Under the pieces are notes generated by a model, which was not told the DNA's origin, did no database searches, and worked only from the letters and a program-made list of their open reading frames with translations. Shown here one piece after another: positions 22,690 through 35,000 of a stretch of 64,000 nucleotides of DNA. Position numbers and translations under genes: made by a program. The stretch's first letter is position 1, and the number at the start of each line of letters is the position of its first letter. Where the stretch lies: positions 62,001 to 126,000 of the forward strand of contig DF237119.1 in assembly GCA_000708835.1 (NCBI GenBank), read 5' to 3'. Origin of the DNA: Klebsormidium nitens (Eukaryota; Plantae; Klebsormidiophyceae).

Positions 22690-25600
22690 ATGGCTGCGGA
22701 GGTGGTGGGACTTGTAGGAAGGGGCTATTCTATATGTACCCAAAGCAAAATAGGTTTCCAAGAAGTACCTAAGCCGGCAGCCACAAACAAGTTCCGTTGC
22801 TGTGCTTCTGCTCAGGCGCCAGCTTGCTCCTTCAGAGACACACCCAGTGGTCAAAATGAGGACGTCGGCTGGAGGCCGGTGCTGGCTGCGTCTTCCAGGG
22901 CTTTGAGGATACGTTATTTTGATGGTTCTCAGCTTAGAAGACACCAGCTTATTAGAGCACCAGGTTGGGCGTCGGGCAATTTCCATTCAAAGTCTCATGG
23001 CCGAAGGCACTCAAATGTAGAGACCCTGACAAACTGCGAAACACAGTCCGTAGAAGTTTGTTCCTTGAGAGAAGCACCGGTGCTAAGCTGCACGGGAGAT
23101 TCTCAAGAAAAAGTAGATTTATCGGCAGGAAACGTCCAGCCTGCTCCGGAAGTCGTTCCAGGGAAGGAACGTCTGAAACATAAATATCTTTTAAGTGTTG
23201 CCGCTCTGCCGAGCTTAGCCGCTGTACTTTATGCCCCACTTGCGACTGGTGACATTGCACTTCACCTGGAGCTCAAAGTTCCTGACCTTGGGGTGGCCAT
23301 TTTCACGGCGGCAGCTGCGCTGGTGTGGGTGCGCTTGTTTGATGAGCTCGCGCGGAGAAACGTTTTTGAAAGGGTGAGTCAGCTCAGGACCAATGTTTGC
23401 CAAAGGGACCTTAACAACTGCCCCATGTTTGCATAGAGAATCATAGTACCTTCCAAAATTGACGTACTGGTTTCATTTGCGTTGTTAGCATGTTCTTCAG
23501 AACAGATCTCCTAGGTGGCCTTTGTAAATATCACCCATGCATTAGAGATTGTTTGTTCATTGAATTCTCTGCAAATTGTGCACATCCGACTGGTCTTCCT
23601 TATCTTGGCGGGAAATGGAGGCCTTTGTGGTTGGCCCCATTTGATTCTTACTGTCAAAGTTGAATCCTTCAACGACTGCTTTAACATTGCAGAAACTCAG
23701 CCGCAAGCTGGTGCACATCAGCTCTGGCCTTTTGTTCATGCTCTTCTGGCCAGTCTTTAGGTAAGCCGCAGAATCTGGGGGTGCCTCTAGTTCAATCATC
23801 ATGTACCCAAGGACTTGTTTGAGCAGTTGGAAATCTTGTTTGTTCTCAAAACCTGGTTCTCCCCTGTTTTCCTATATGATCCACCATTTCCAGTCAGATC
23901 ATTGACTCTTCTTATAAGTCAGGAATCTGACAGTTTTTCTTTTCACGTATGTTTCCTACTTCAAACCTACTTCATTTTTGCTCTAAGATATGTTTGGTCT
24001 ACAGCTCTGACCACGTGCCGGCCAGCTCTGAAAAGCCAGCGGCTGGTTGTGCAGTGCAAATCCAAACTCGCGGTTGTATGCTGCCCTTGTGCCGGCAGCC
24101 AACCTAGTGCGACTAGCCGCCGTCGGTACCGGGCTGATCAAAAGCGAAGATACGGTCAAAGCCATCAGTAGGGAGGGCGATAGAAGGTAAGTCACTGTCA
24201 CATCTGCAAGTTGCCGCTCTCAGACATTAAAGGGGCTGGCATTGATGTTGTTCTGAGAGGTCCTTGTATTTACTTTATCTTATCCATGTTTTGATCTTGC
24301 ACCAGTAAAAGGGCTAGTTTTGAATGGTTCAGAGTATTCCCGCCAACTATTAGGTCATTCCTTTCCCGCAAGTCACTTTGAAAGGAACCAAAGTAGGAGA
24401 GGACAAGTTCGAGTTGTCTCCGCAGTTCGTCGGGACAATTTGAGTCGCTTGCCCCTCCGTCTTTTTGCCTGCCGCTCAATGTCGGCGAGATGTAGCCACT
24501 TGAATAGTTGGCCTGGAACGACTTGCTGCTTTGGAATTCTGAATCTAGGTTGAACAGAGACATGACCTTCATTGCCTGCCTTTGTAACCATCATAAATCA
24601 ATTCTATCCTTGGTAGAAGTCGGTTCGTCGTTTAGAGTTGACACTCGACCGACCTTGCCTGGAATGGGACGCAAAAGCGTGGTCCTTGTGCAAGAAGGCC
24701 CTCATCACAGGGAACTGCTTGGCCTAACACAGGGAACTGCTTGGCGGCCCCCTCTACTACGTCATTGTGTTGATAGCTGCGACCGTCTGCTTCTGGCGGC
24801 AATCGCCCATTGGGGTGTCGGCGCTAGCGCTTATGTGCGCAGGCGACGGTGAGTGGTTTCTCTGTGCTCTCTGCTGCGGACAATTACAGTGTCAGGTTTA
24901 AGGATCGTGTAGAGCTTGAGAAGCTATGTCAGCTGGATGCGAAATAAGCGTCCAAAATCTGAGAAAATCTTGTCCCTTGACTTTGTTCATGTTCGAAGGA
25001 AGGGACGGTGCCTCCGCTCCTTAAGGAGTCTGGATTGCTTTCATCGTTGTTCGGATCCCGATAGCAAAGCCCTCTGCATCAAAGAGGAAGTAAACGTGAC
25101 ATGGGGCTTGTCCTGACCTCCTCCAACTCTGTCCATCGAGAAAGCCCGCTGTGTTTGTAGGCGATAAAGTCGTACTTCGGATGCCTTCAAAACATTTTGA
25201 GCTTGGACCTCCTCCAGGCGCCGACGTGGTTCTCGTCACTTCAAGCCGTCCCAATTGCATCAATGGCGGATGATGCTGACAGTCATCAGCCTTTTGCCGA
25301 GACGCCTCCACACTCTGTTGTTCAAAGTCAAACTGCAGTTTGCATCAAGGCGCCTTTTTATGGAGGCGGTGCTCCATTGTACATCACTGACCCTTTTGTG
25401 CTTCTTACAGGAATTGCTGATATTGTCGGAAGACGGTTCGGGAAAGGGCTGAAGCTTCCCTACAACAAGTCGAAGAGCTGGGCAGGGAGCGCCGCTATGT
25501 TCGTGACGGGGACAGCGACGGCCCTCCTGTAAGTCGCTTACTTCTCTTCATATTTGAGCTTCAATAATGCGTAGCCAAGGCGAGGGGCCACCGCTCGTTC

Positions 25601-26050
25601 GCAGCGGTTTCTGTTGTCACAGGATTCCCTACATGCAAATGATTGAAAACACTGTGAGCAACTTCTCTGTAAACCAGCGAAAAGTGCAGATAGAATATTG
25701 TGTCACCTGTGCCCGGCTGCATCATTCCCGACTGCCGTTCACCAAGTCCTTCGACTGCACTGCTTTTTGCGACGATCTGAGCAACATCCTGCTTTTCTTG
25801 AGCTCTTGTGTCCGTCGACACTCTGACGTTCTCAGTTATGCTTCCGCTTCTTGGTTGTCTCAGGTATGTAACATACTTCTGCAACTTCGGGTTCTACGAG
25901 TGCAACATGATGCACACGGCTTTGAAGGTGGCAGCGATCGCCCTTGCTGCCACGATTGTCGAGTCACTGCCCATCACAGATACATTCGATGATAACGTTA
26001 CAGTTCCGCTCACATGCGTTGCTGTTGGCTCGTTACTCTTCCCAGCCTGA
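22690..26050 (+). CDS. VTE5: Phytol kinase / farnesol kinase (cytidylyltransferase-like, VTE5/FOLK family), plastid transit peptide likely
   Basis: Exons 22690-23373, 23693-23760, 24055-24186, 24733-24848, 25411-25528 and 25864-26050 are in phase. Motifs: LSRKLVHISSGLLFM.FWPVF, SREGDRRELLGGPLYY, FWRQSPIG, MCAGDGIADIVGRRFG, KLPYNKSKSWAGS, VESLPITDTFDDNVTVPL. VTE5 versus FOLK assignment is by eye only. Confidence 0.9.
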
Positions 26051-27077
26051 TCACTGGGACTCAAGAGGTTGATTAGCTCGGTCGGGACTAGGTTAGCGGA
26101 GGACAAGACAGGCTGCGCCATTTCAGCCTCACGACGATCAGAGTGGCTCAGGCCAGAGATACATCATAGAATCATACGTAGTCTAGGGACACGCTCAGTC
26201 GTGGCGGATATAGAAAGTGCATGATGCTTGCGGCGGTTTTGCGAGGAGATTTGAAGCGGCTTAGTTTACATAATATGTTGATTGATCAGACGACTGGACA
26301 AAAGCTTGGCCGAGGTTTTGCCAACTTAGATTGTGCCTACCAATCACGAGTCCGTGGGGCCATCTAAGTATTGCTAAGTTGGCGTTGCCTGCGACTAGCC
26401 TCTGAAGCTTTGATCAACATGTATTTGGTCAGGATCCACACTCACAATACCGCTTAGTTCGCAAAGGTGGTGTTGCGCGCCACGTCCGACATGATTAAAA
26501 GGGGATGAGCTTAATGTTCCAGCCAAGGTTCTACTTGCAGACAAATGCATGTCAAATGTGACGTGCACCTCTTGCTGGCATCCTTGACGAGAATTCTGCA
26601 CTCTCTAGCAGTGCATGTATACATATGCATGCAAACATCGAAAATACTTCATGCAGCAAGCTGCTTAGCTTGGAATAATTGCACATGGGTCCATTAAACC
26701 ATGTGCTCGCAGAAAAGTGCACTCCAAAGCAGATTATGAGGATCATGTTGTTCTGGACATACAACTGGATTCGCAAATGATATGTAGCCAGCACTGTGCA
26801 TGCCTGCTACAGAATACCTTTGGATTGAAAGCTCAACCAAAGCTTCCCATTATTGCAGTTGAATGCGTGCTCAATCAATCATCCCACGAGAAAAGTGTAC
26901 CCTATGGAACTCATCCCTAACTGTGTGCTTTATATCCAGCACTGTGAACCTTCTTCCGTCTATCTATGACTATATTTACAAGGGCTGTAAGTTCACCAGG
27001 TTCTGTAAGCCAGCACCCAAGTCCGTAACTACTTCAGAAGAGATAATAGATTAGTGCAATCAGTGTAGCAGGTTAGA

Positions 27078-28427
27078 CTACTTTCCCCTCGATCGAGACT
27101 GGAAGTTAGACATCCCAGCGCCCGGAGAGGGCCCTCCCAGACTATCTCCGAGCGGAGACGGAAGCATCGGGTCTTGAGGGCTAAGCATGTTCTCAAGGCC
27201 TATTCCAGACCCTGTGCTCCTAAGAGGGAACCGATTTGGGCCCGTAACAGTGGGCCCCAGCGAAAAGTTCCTCCGTAAGCTTAGGGGCTGGTAATACGGG
27301 CTCCCCATCCTGCTCCCAAACCCAGCCTTCGGCGAGACCACCGATGCGCGCTCTCCCCCAAGATAGTACCGATCATTCCGCTGGTCCCAAGAAGCACTAT
27401 GCATCAGCCGGGTGCGCTCCCCTGGTCGGTCCCAGTCCCCAGCAATGCCTGCACTTGGGCCCCTTTCTGATTCTACCTGTGGCTTGGCATTTCGATGTGG
27501 GGACCCCCCGTCAGGAAGCTCGCCTTCCTCCAGCGCTTCGTCGTCTTTTTTCAGGGGGGCGGTAAACTGGTTTGCCGTAGCAAGGGGGGACGGGTGGCTC
27601 GAGGATGCGCTCGGCAGAGGGGATGCGTTTGGCATGTAATAGTTGGGAGAAACAGTTAGTGAGCTGGGTGACGGGACGGGCGACGCTGTAAGAGGCGGCC
27701 GCACAAACTTTCTCGAGTCCTCCCGTACCAGGACCTGTTTTAGCTGCTGGACAAGCTTATGCTTCTTGCTCTCCAGCTTGTTCAGTTGCTCTTCTAGCTC
27801 CGCTTTTTCTACCGCCTTTCTTTCCTCACCCTCCGCAGATGGTGACGCCTCCCCTTCCTCTTCCTGCGGTGTCTCCCGCCCCAGATCTTGCACGGTTTTC
27901 CCATTTCTGGTCAGAGCATCATCCTCAGCGTTTGGTAAAACCTCTGAATCTTGGTCAATATTACCCCTAGCCCGGGTGCCCTCGTCACCTTCTGCTGCTA
28001 ACCCCCCATTCAACCCATCCCTTTCTGCAGCATCCAGAAAGTTTCCTAGCCTACTCCCTTCCTCATTACCTTCTTCCGCTTCCCCCTCCCTTTCCTCCTC
28101 GACGGCCCCTGCAGGCCCTGCGCCATTATTACCCACTTCTACCGTCCTTTCGCCTGCCTCCTTATCCTCGCAATGCGGCCCCGCTGACTCGGCTGGCGGC
28201 CCTCGCTCTGCCTCTTCATTACCATCAATCTGCATCGGGTCCTCTCCATTGGGGAGCTTATCTGAGAGATTACCCTTGTCCCCTCTCTCCGTCCCTGAAT
28301 TTAGAAGCACGATTAGACTGTCCAGCGTGTGTCGGCGCCTCTCCAGCAACGCCCGGAACACGCCGTGGCTCAGCACCTTCTTGGGGAGCGGGTAAATCCG
28401 CGGTACACGGTGCTGGGAGGCCACCAT
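27078..28427 (-). CDS. Single-exon conserved streptophyte protein of unknown function with central coiled coil
   Basis: 449-aa ORF. The N-terminus MVASQHRVPRIYPLPKKVLSHGVFRALLERR and coil LEEQLNKLESKKHKLVQQLKQVL resemble a recalled uncharacterised land-plant family (MVA..LYRGNLHRVP...F..LL.RR; ..KKHNLVQ.LKQIL). The gene is divergent from the golgin gene. Confidence 0.8.
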   Translation of the reverse strand: MVASQHRVPRIYPLPKKVLSHGVFRALLERRRHTLDSLIVLLNSGTERGDKGNLSDKLPNGEDPMQIDGNEEAERGPPAESAGPHCEDKEAGERTVEVGNNGAGPAGAVEEEREGEAEEGNEEGSRLGNFLDAAERDGLNGGLAAEGDEGTRARGNIDQDSEVLPNAEDDALTRNGKTVQDLGRETPQEEEGEASPSAEGEERKAVEKAELEEQLNKLESKKHKLVQQLKQVLVREDSRKFVRPPLTASPVPSPSSLTVSPNYYMPNASPLPSASSSHPSPLATANQFTAPLKKDDEALEEGELPDGGSPHRNAKPQVESERGPSAGIAGDWDRPGERTRLMHSASWDQRNDRYYLGGERASVVSPKAGFGSRMGSPYYQPLSLRRNFSLGPTVTGPNRFPLRSTGSGIGLENMLSPQDPMLPSPLGDSLGGPSPGAGMSNFQSRSRGK

Positions 28428-29034
28428 CGCGAAGGGCGCTGGGAGACCTCCTCGAGACAGAGCGCCTTCTGCCAGAGCTGCATGTGTAGCCTTAAAGTTA
28501 GGGCTGAGCGCACTTTGTTCTGCAGGTCTTCGATGTCGGTTGCCAAGTCCGGAGACTGTGAAACGGCGCTGGTCCAGGCCATTGGGTACGTACGATCTGA
28601 CTGCGCTCGTGGTTTGAAAATTTCATGCGACGGCCGGCCGAGGGGCAACTTTGAAAGAGTGAAGGTTTTCACACTCAGTTGGCAAGCTCCAGGAATCAGG
28701 ATCTTTGCACTTGCCATTGGTGTAGCTAGCTGTCCAGCGCTATCCAAGGACCAGAGCTCAGGACTGCACGCGAAGAATGCCTCTCGGAAAGGAGTCGCTC
28801 GCTTCTTGCGCTGCGTTCTCTGCAAACCCTAACACTGAAGCAGTGACACGAAGGGGCGGCCCAGCGTACGATCAGGGCACATATGTAGTTTGACCTGTAG
28901 ACTTTCCCTTGGAGACAGCGGGCAGCACGCATAGCATACAAGGAGGAAGGCTGCATCTCCCTTTTGAGCTTTTGATCCATGCTGGTGGTCTCTGTCCGCT
29001 GATCTAATCTTCGGCGGTTGTCTGGCTACATACA

Positions 29035-32000
29035 ATGTGGAGCTCAATTGCAAAGTTGAAGGACAACTTTGCCGCAATTGCAAATGATGTGCTTGATACT
29101 GCGGACGAGCTAGAGAATGATGAGGAGGTCAAGAGCCCGGATGGGTATAGAGGACACCACGAAGAGCGGGGCGGTGCAGATGGACCGGCAGATCTTGAGC
29201 TACATGAGGATGTCGATCTAAACGACCGCTCCCAGGCAGACGTTGAAGCCGAGGTAGGCCTATGCGCCCTCATGTTGGGGTTTATGTGAGCTTGTTTGAT
29301 TATCCAGTCAATGATCTGCGCTGGTCAACTGGTAAAAAGTAAGGCAATGGAGGGTTTCTTATATTCTGGATACAATGAAACCAAGCGTTATGATCTGGGG
29401 ATAGTGCTCCGGAAGCGATTCACCAGAAGGAGTTGTCACATTCTGAAGTTCTTGTTCGCATGGAGTATCCTTGTTAGATCTTGCAATTCTGAGGACCAGC
29501 GTGCCGATCTGAGAGATTTCAGGGCTGCTCTAATTGCCCCTATGCAGCTCCGATGGTACAAGGCTGAGGTGGAGCGCCTGTCTGCAAATGACTCCGACAT
29601 TCAAGCTCTGTCAACAAACTACTCCAGCCTGCTCCGTGAGCGGGAGGTGAGGCCGTCAGGACTGTTGGCAGCCTCTCGAAGATCTTTCCTTGTTGAGCAG
29701 TCGTTGGCGCCAAAGGCTGAGGCGTAATTGTCGAAGGGCACCAAAGGACTGTTATGTTCTCTGTGCAGTTGCGCAGCCTTGCATTGGTCAAACTTCGTTC
29801 AAGTTTCTCTGAATATTGTCTGACAAAGATGAATCTTCCCCACTGCAGTTGGACATTCAGCGCTTACAAGAACAGAACAAGAAGCTCGATGACGAGTTGC
29901 AGGTTACGCGGCAGGAGCGAGTTTCACAAGAAGAATCCAAGAGGTTGCAAGACAGAATCAAGGTACCGCTCTGCGAACCAGTCTAGCTTTACGTGGAGTT
30001 GCCTCTTGATTCACCAGTCAAGGGAGACTATCAAGCACTGCTTGGAAATGTAAACCGAACACACTCTTACGGATGAAGTGTGTGAAGTAGTGCAACCGCA
30101 TCGGTTATTCTGTTGTCCCCTGATCACTTTTCGGGCTCTGTTTTAAGTTGGACTTTATGATCACTCTTCTGGACTCTTGGTAGATATTTTAGTCCTCGCG
30201 AGCCAGATATGTTTGTCCTGAGGATTGACAAGAGTTTAGGACCCAAAACGAGAATTCGGTGGTGTATAATTGTGCAGGCTATCAGTGAGGAGTTGCAGCG
30301 AGCTGCTGATGCAAGTCAGGTAAGGGAGCACTCAACCTCGCTTGAACCCTTACTCACGTGGCCCGTTCACTTGTTACCTCGCCAGTGTCGAGGCACGGTT
30401 GGTCGGCAATGCAAGTTTCGCATCACTGGCCAACACGGAGGGCTGGACTTAATACTACCGTCTCTTCGGGCGTTCGTGCATTCGTGACTCAGAGCTTGCG
30501 ACACGGGGTCCCTGAGCCTGCGGGTGTTCCGTAAGTTTTCAGCCTTTGAATGTTGCACATGTCTCCCTCTTTGGCGAAACTGGGCTGGTTCCTTGTTCGA
30601 ACATCACATGCTAGAGGCTGGCGCAACCTTCTGTTTCCTTTGAACAAAACCCCCATCATTGCTGCAGGAGCAACTGGCCTCTCTGCAAGACCACCACCGG
30701 CAGCAGACGAGCGCTCTTCTGCTGAAGCACAAGAAGGAGTTGGAGGAAGCGCGGGCAGAAGCCTCGGTTTCTGCAAACGGGCACGATTCCAATGGTTTCG
30801 TATCTACAGAGGATTTGCAGGCGAGGGTCCAGGAGGCTTTGCTCAGGGCACAGGATGCAGAGAAGGCCCTACAGCGGGCGCAAGAGAAGGAGAAGGTGAG
30901 TTTCCATGCGTGTGGGGGGTGGTTGCGGAGACAAACTCTGTAGCCTGTGTAGGAAAAAGAGTCGCATGGTGGAAAACATGTTGTGGTTTAAGTCTCCCTT
31001 TTTCAGTCCTTCGTGAAAATTAGGTTCTTGCTCCGGAAGTTCGGTGATTGATTTAAATGAGAAGTGTCGCGGGAGGGGTTCCCTTCCCTTTTGTTAATGA
31101 TCTGGAGCCCAAGCCCCTTCCGTCTTCAGACTCTTCTTTGACGAAGGACCAATCGGAACGATCATTTTATAAAAGATTACAGGCACTGTTGTTGTATACG
31201 GTTTGGGGCTTATCGAACCTCAAGCCCCTCCATGTTCAGACCGTTTCACGTCGATGCAGGACCTCACAAAGCAGTTGGCGGAGAAAGGAAAAGCGAATGA
31301 GCAGGTCCAGGCCTCGCTTGGACAAAGAGAAGCTGAATTGACCAAAGTGAAGGCTGTCCTTGCAAATCAGGAAGCGGCTCAAAACGAGGCTCAGCAGCAA
31401 CTCAAGAGTGAGCCTTCTCGCCTAATGTATCTTTCCAAGTGTGCGATCTGTTCAGGCCTCAATGTTTGCGTTCGTATACGTTGCAGTCTCGAGGGCATCT
31501 CAAACGAAACGATGCACCGTCCAAAAGCAAACCAACTGGTGCGTAATGATCTACCCCGAGAAAGTCTGATATCTCGACGCCTCAATAAGTTGCTTTTTTT
31601 CCGTGTACAGAGAAAGAGGACGAGACCATTGATGCCAATGAACGAGCGAGCCAGCTTCAAACGGAACGAGATCAGGTACGTCATTTTTCCGAGAAACTTC
31701 TGTATGCTGAGTGGTGGTCGTTATGTTTCGTATCGTGCTTTAAAGAATGGACCGTTGATTCGACGTTTCTGTCCAACTGTTTGGAAGAAACAGCTCAGGA
31801 ACCACTGAGGTCGGAATGGATGAGTTGGTCGTCACACTGTGCGAGTAGGAGCGGCATTCTGTTGATTCTAAGGAAATTACTAACACCCTTAGGGATATCT
31901 GAGCGCGGCATGCGAACTATATTTGCGTAGATTTGAGAGGTGCCGGTCATCAACTTCCTGTATCCTTGTTCCACTTGCTTTCTAGACGAGGGTCACGCGT

Positions 32001-35000
32001 TTCGCCGAACTTCCCTCTGAAAGTGCAAGCGCACTTTGTCGGTGAAGTTGTGCGGAAGTCTTTCTTAGTCTCTCGAAAGACGGCTCAAGTCCTCCCTGGT
32101 TGCTTCTGGTGCAGCTTCTTACAGAAATGCGACGTCGGCAATCGGCGCAGGAAGAGGCGGAAACAGCTGCAACGATGCTGAGGGAGCAGATCCAGGAGGC
32201 GCTTGCGCAAAAAGAAAGTCTGACTGGCCAGCTTACGGTGAGATTGCTGGGTTCAGGTTTCAGCCATACTGATGCAGAGAGGGTAAGGTAGTTTCATTCC
32301 AGAAATTGCCTGTGCTTACCTTACGCGCTGCTACTTCCGAAAAGGTCGTAAGACTCTGGGGTATTTTCCTGCAGTTAATGCCATGACGCATGACGTTGTG
32401 ATTGTGTGATCGAAGGTCGCCAAAGATCCATCGATGTTCGACGTCAATGGTGAAGACTTAAGCCGTCTTGTCATTGGGGAACTACGATTGACGAAGTTAT
32501 TGTGTTTGCGTCTTGTTGTCGTGCTTTTGCACATTGGGATCACTGGGTGATAAGGATCGTCAACGGCGATGCTAGATTTTGGCGAGTCGGCGTTGCCAAT
32601 GACGGTTTGCTTTATGCGACCTTTGTCCGAAGGAATTGTTCGATCGAGTCGCTCGAATTAAGATCGCTGCACCACGCCTGTACAACACGGACTTCTTTAA
32701 GTGGTTCACATGCTCGACGCTTTGCCGAGACGGCGACCTCACAGTCGACCGACAGCCTTTGTTCTGAAATTTAGGCCTACTCGATGTCTTGCAGACATGC
32801 ATCTCAAGTCCATCTTCGAGTACACATGTTACACCCACGAATAAGTGACGACAGAAAGTATTGTACATGCTTTGTTGAATTGTTGCAGACTGTATGACAG
32901 GATAGGCAGATTTTGAAACGTCAGCACACGTAGAGCCAAGCTCATGTTCCGTCCTTGTCGCTCAGGCACTAAGATCGGAGTTGGACACGTCATCACAAGC
33001 GGGACAGAAAGAGGCGGAGGACCTGCGCGAGCGCATTTCACGGGTCGAGCGAGAGTCGGCTGCCTCAAGATCAGCAGACGCGCAGGCGCACGAGAGAGAA
33101 AAGGCGGAGATCAGGTACGACTACGAGAAGAGGGTAAGCGAGTTGCGGGGCACGATCGAGCAGCAGGAAGAGACACTACGGACGTTGCGAAGACAGCAAG
33201 AGGAGGGGGGCGAGCCGAGCACGGAGGCGGCAGCAAGGGAGGAGGAGCTAACGAGGATGAAGCAAGAGGTAAGCGGGGAGGAAGATTGCTTCCAGAGTGA
33301 GAGCGAGTGTCGTCACCAAACTGGCTCCACCATATTTAGGAAGGCTCGCTGTCGTGATCCACAAAAGTAGTCCGGATGACCGGTTGCTTCCAGAATGGGC
33401 GGAGACTATGTTACGGCCTGCTAGGACTCTGACGTTGTCCACCACCTTTCGCTTGACTTTCTGATCATTGAGCTTGCTGCGAACTCGGTGTTTTGTGATG
33501 CATTTGAAGACTTCTGGGTCAGGACAGTGCTCGACTCGTGCAGACGCAACTTTCCGAATGGCTGCCCACTCGCATTCTTACCCCGCAGACTCCCGGGCGC
33601 ATTGTTGACGACGTCGATGAGCTTATTGTGGCCCCCATACACAAGTCACATGTGTGCTGCTTGCCTGCAGGTCGGCATCCTGCAAGAACGTCTGCGGAGC
33701 TCCGAGGAGGCGACAAGCCGGCAAAGCGAGGAGCACCAGAAAGAGCTGGCCCGGACAGTGGAAGAGAAGGACAAGGCTAAGCGGGATCTGGCCCGGTTGA
33801 AGCAGCATCTCCTCGAAAAGGTAGGAAAGCATATGTGCTTCCGCCGCCGGCTTGGTCGACTCAACCTTGCTCCATGTCAGGGCGCTGCTTTTGTCTTTTG
33901 TTTATGCGGAGGGGCTCGGTGTTCAAAAGGATCGACTCCCAAATTAGCCTGTTTTTTTCCCTTGGCGGCACTGTGTAAAGTCGGGGTTGTGCAAGCGCAT
34001 CCTTCTCCCACCTTTGCCTTGGGCTGTATCCTCATATTCGAGGGGAAATAGCTTCATCAGTACAAAACGGCTTGTCTCCTCATCCCTTTGCAGGCGGAGG
34101 AAGAGTCCGAGAAGATGTCAGAGGACAGCACGCGGATTGCGGACCTGGAGGCGCGTTGTGTGGGCCTGGAGGCGCAGCGAAAAGCGCTGGAGGAGCGCCT
34201 GGCAGCAACTAGAGCGGAGCTCGAAAAGGAGCGGGCGACGTCCACGCAGGGCGTACAGGCGACCGCAGACGAGGTCGAGCGCTTGAGGGGCGAGCTAGAT
34301 GAGGCCCTCGTGAGTCGGCGACTTTTCCTTGCGTTGAGGATGCTTTGGAGTTCTGTACATGTCTTTTCAATTTAACCTCGACAAGAAGTAGATAGTCATT
34401 AGGCCTATCAGTTGAACCTGTACTGGGCAAAGCTATGATGGTGCGTGCTAGCAGTAGAGACCGGGCCTGCCGAATGTAGAATAAGTGCTTTTTGGAATTT
34501 TGGCGTCAAAAGTTGCCAGGATGCAACGGTGTCTCGGTATGTCACGTCGGCTGGTTCGCCGAAATTTTGCCCTCACGGTTTGGGAAGGCGCTAGGCGTAC
34601 CTCTCTTTCAGCCCGAGGATTGCTGCATCGGTGTCTGGTTCTCAAAGCTGCTCTTCGAAGTTCTGATGCACAATCGCTCTTGCACAGCTCGGTTCTCGGT
34701 TCCGATGGATGAGTTCGAGCGTTGCTATTAACACACGTCGGTCAAAAAATTTCACTGGCGGGTCTCTGTGACTCGGAAACATATGTAAGGTTTGCAGAGA
34801 TTCAAATACAGCAGCAGTTTCGTAAGAAGTTTCTCCACAGGAAGTCTCTCCGTCCTTGTCCTGTTCCGGGTTCTACAGTTGCTTCGTGCGCCGTTCTTTG
34901 GTGTTAGTGCCCGTTGGACGCAAAGCATCTGTAGTGAGTTCCAAATAAGTCCCTTGTTCAGCCAGTCTGGTCAGCACACCATGTGGTCTTCTGCAGGCGA

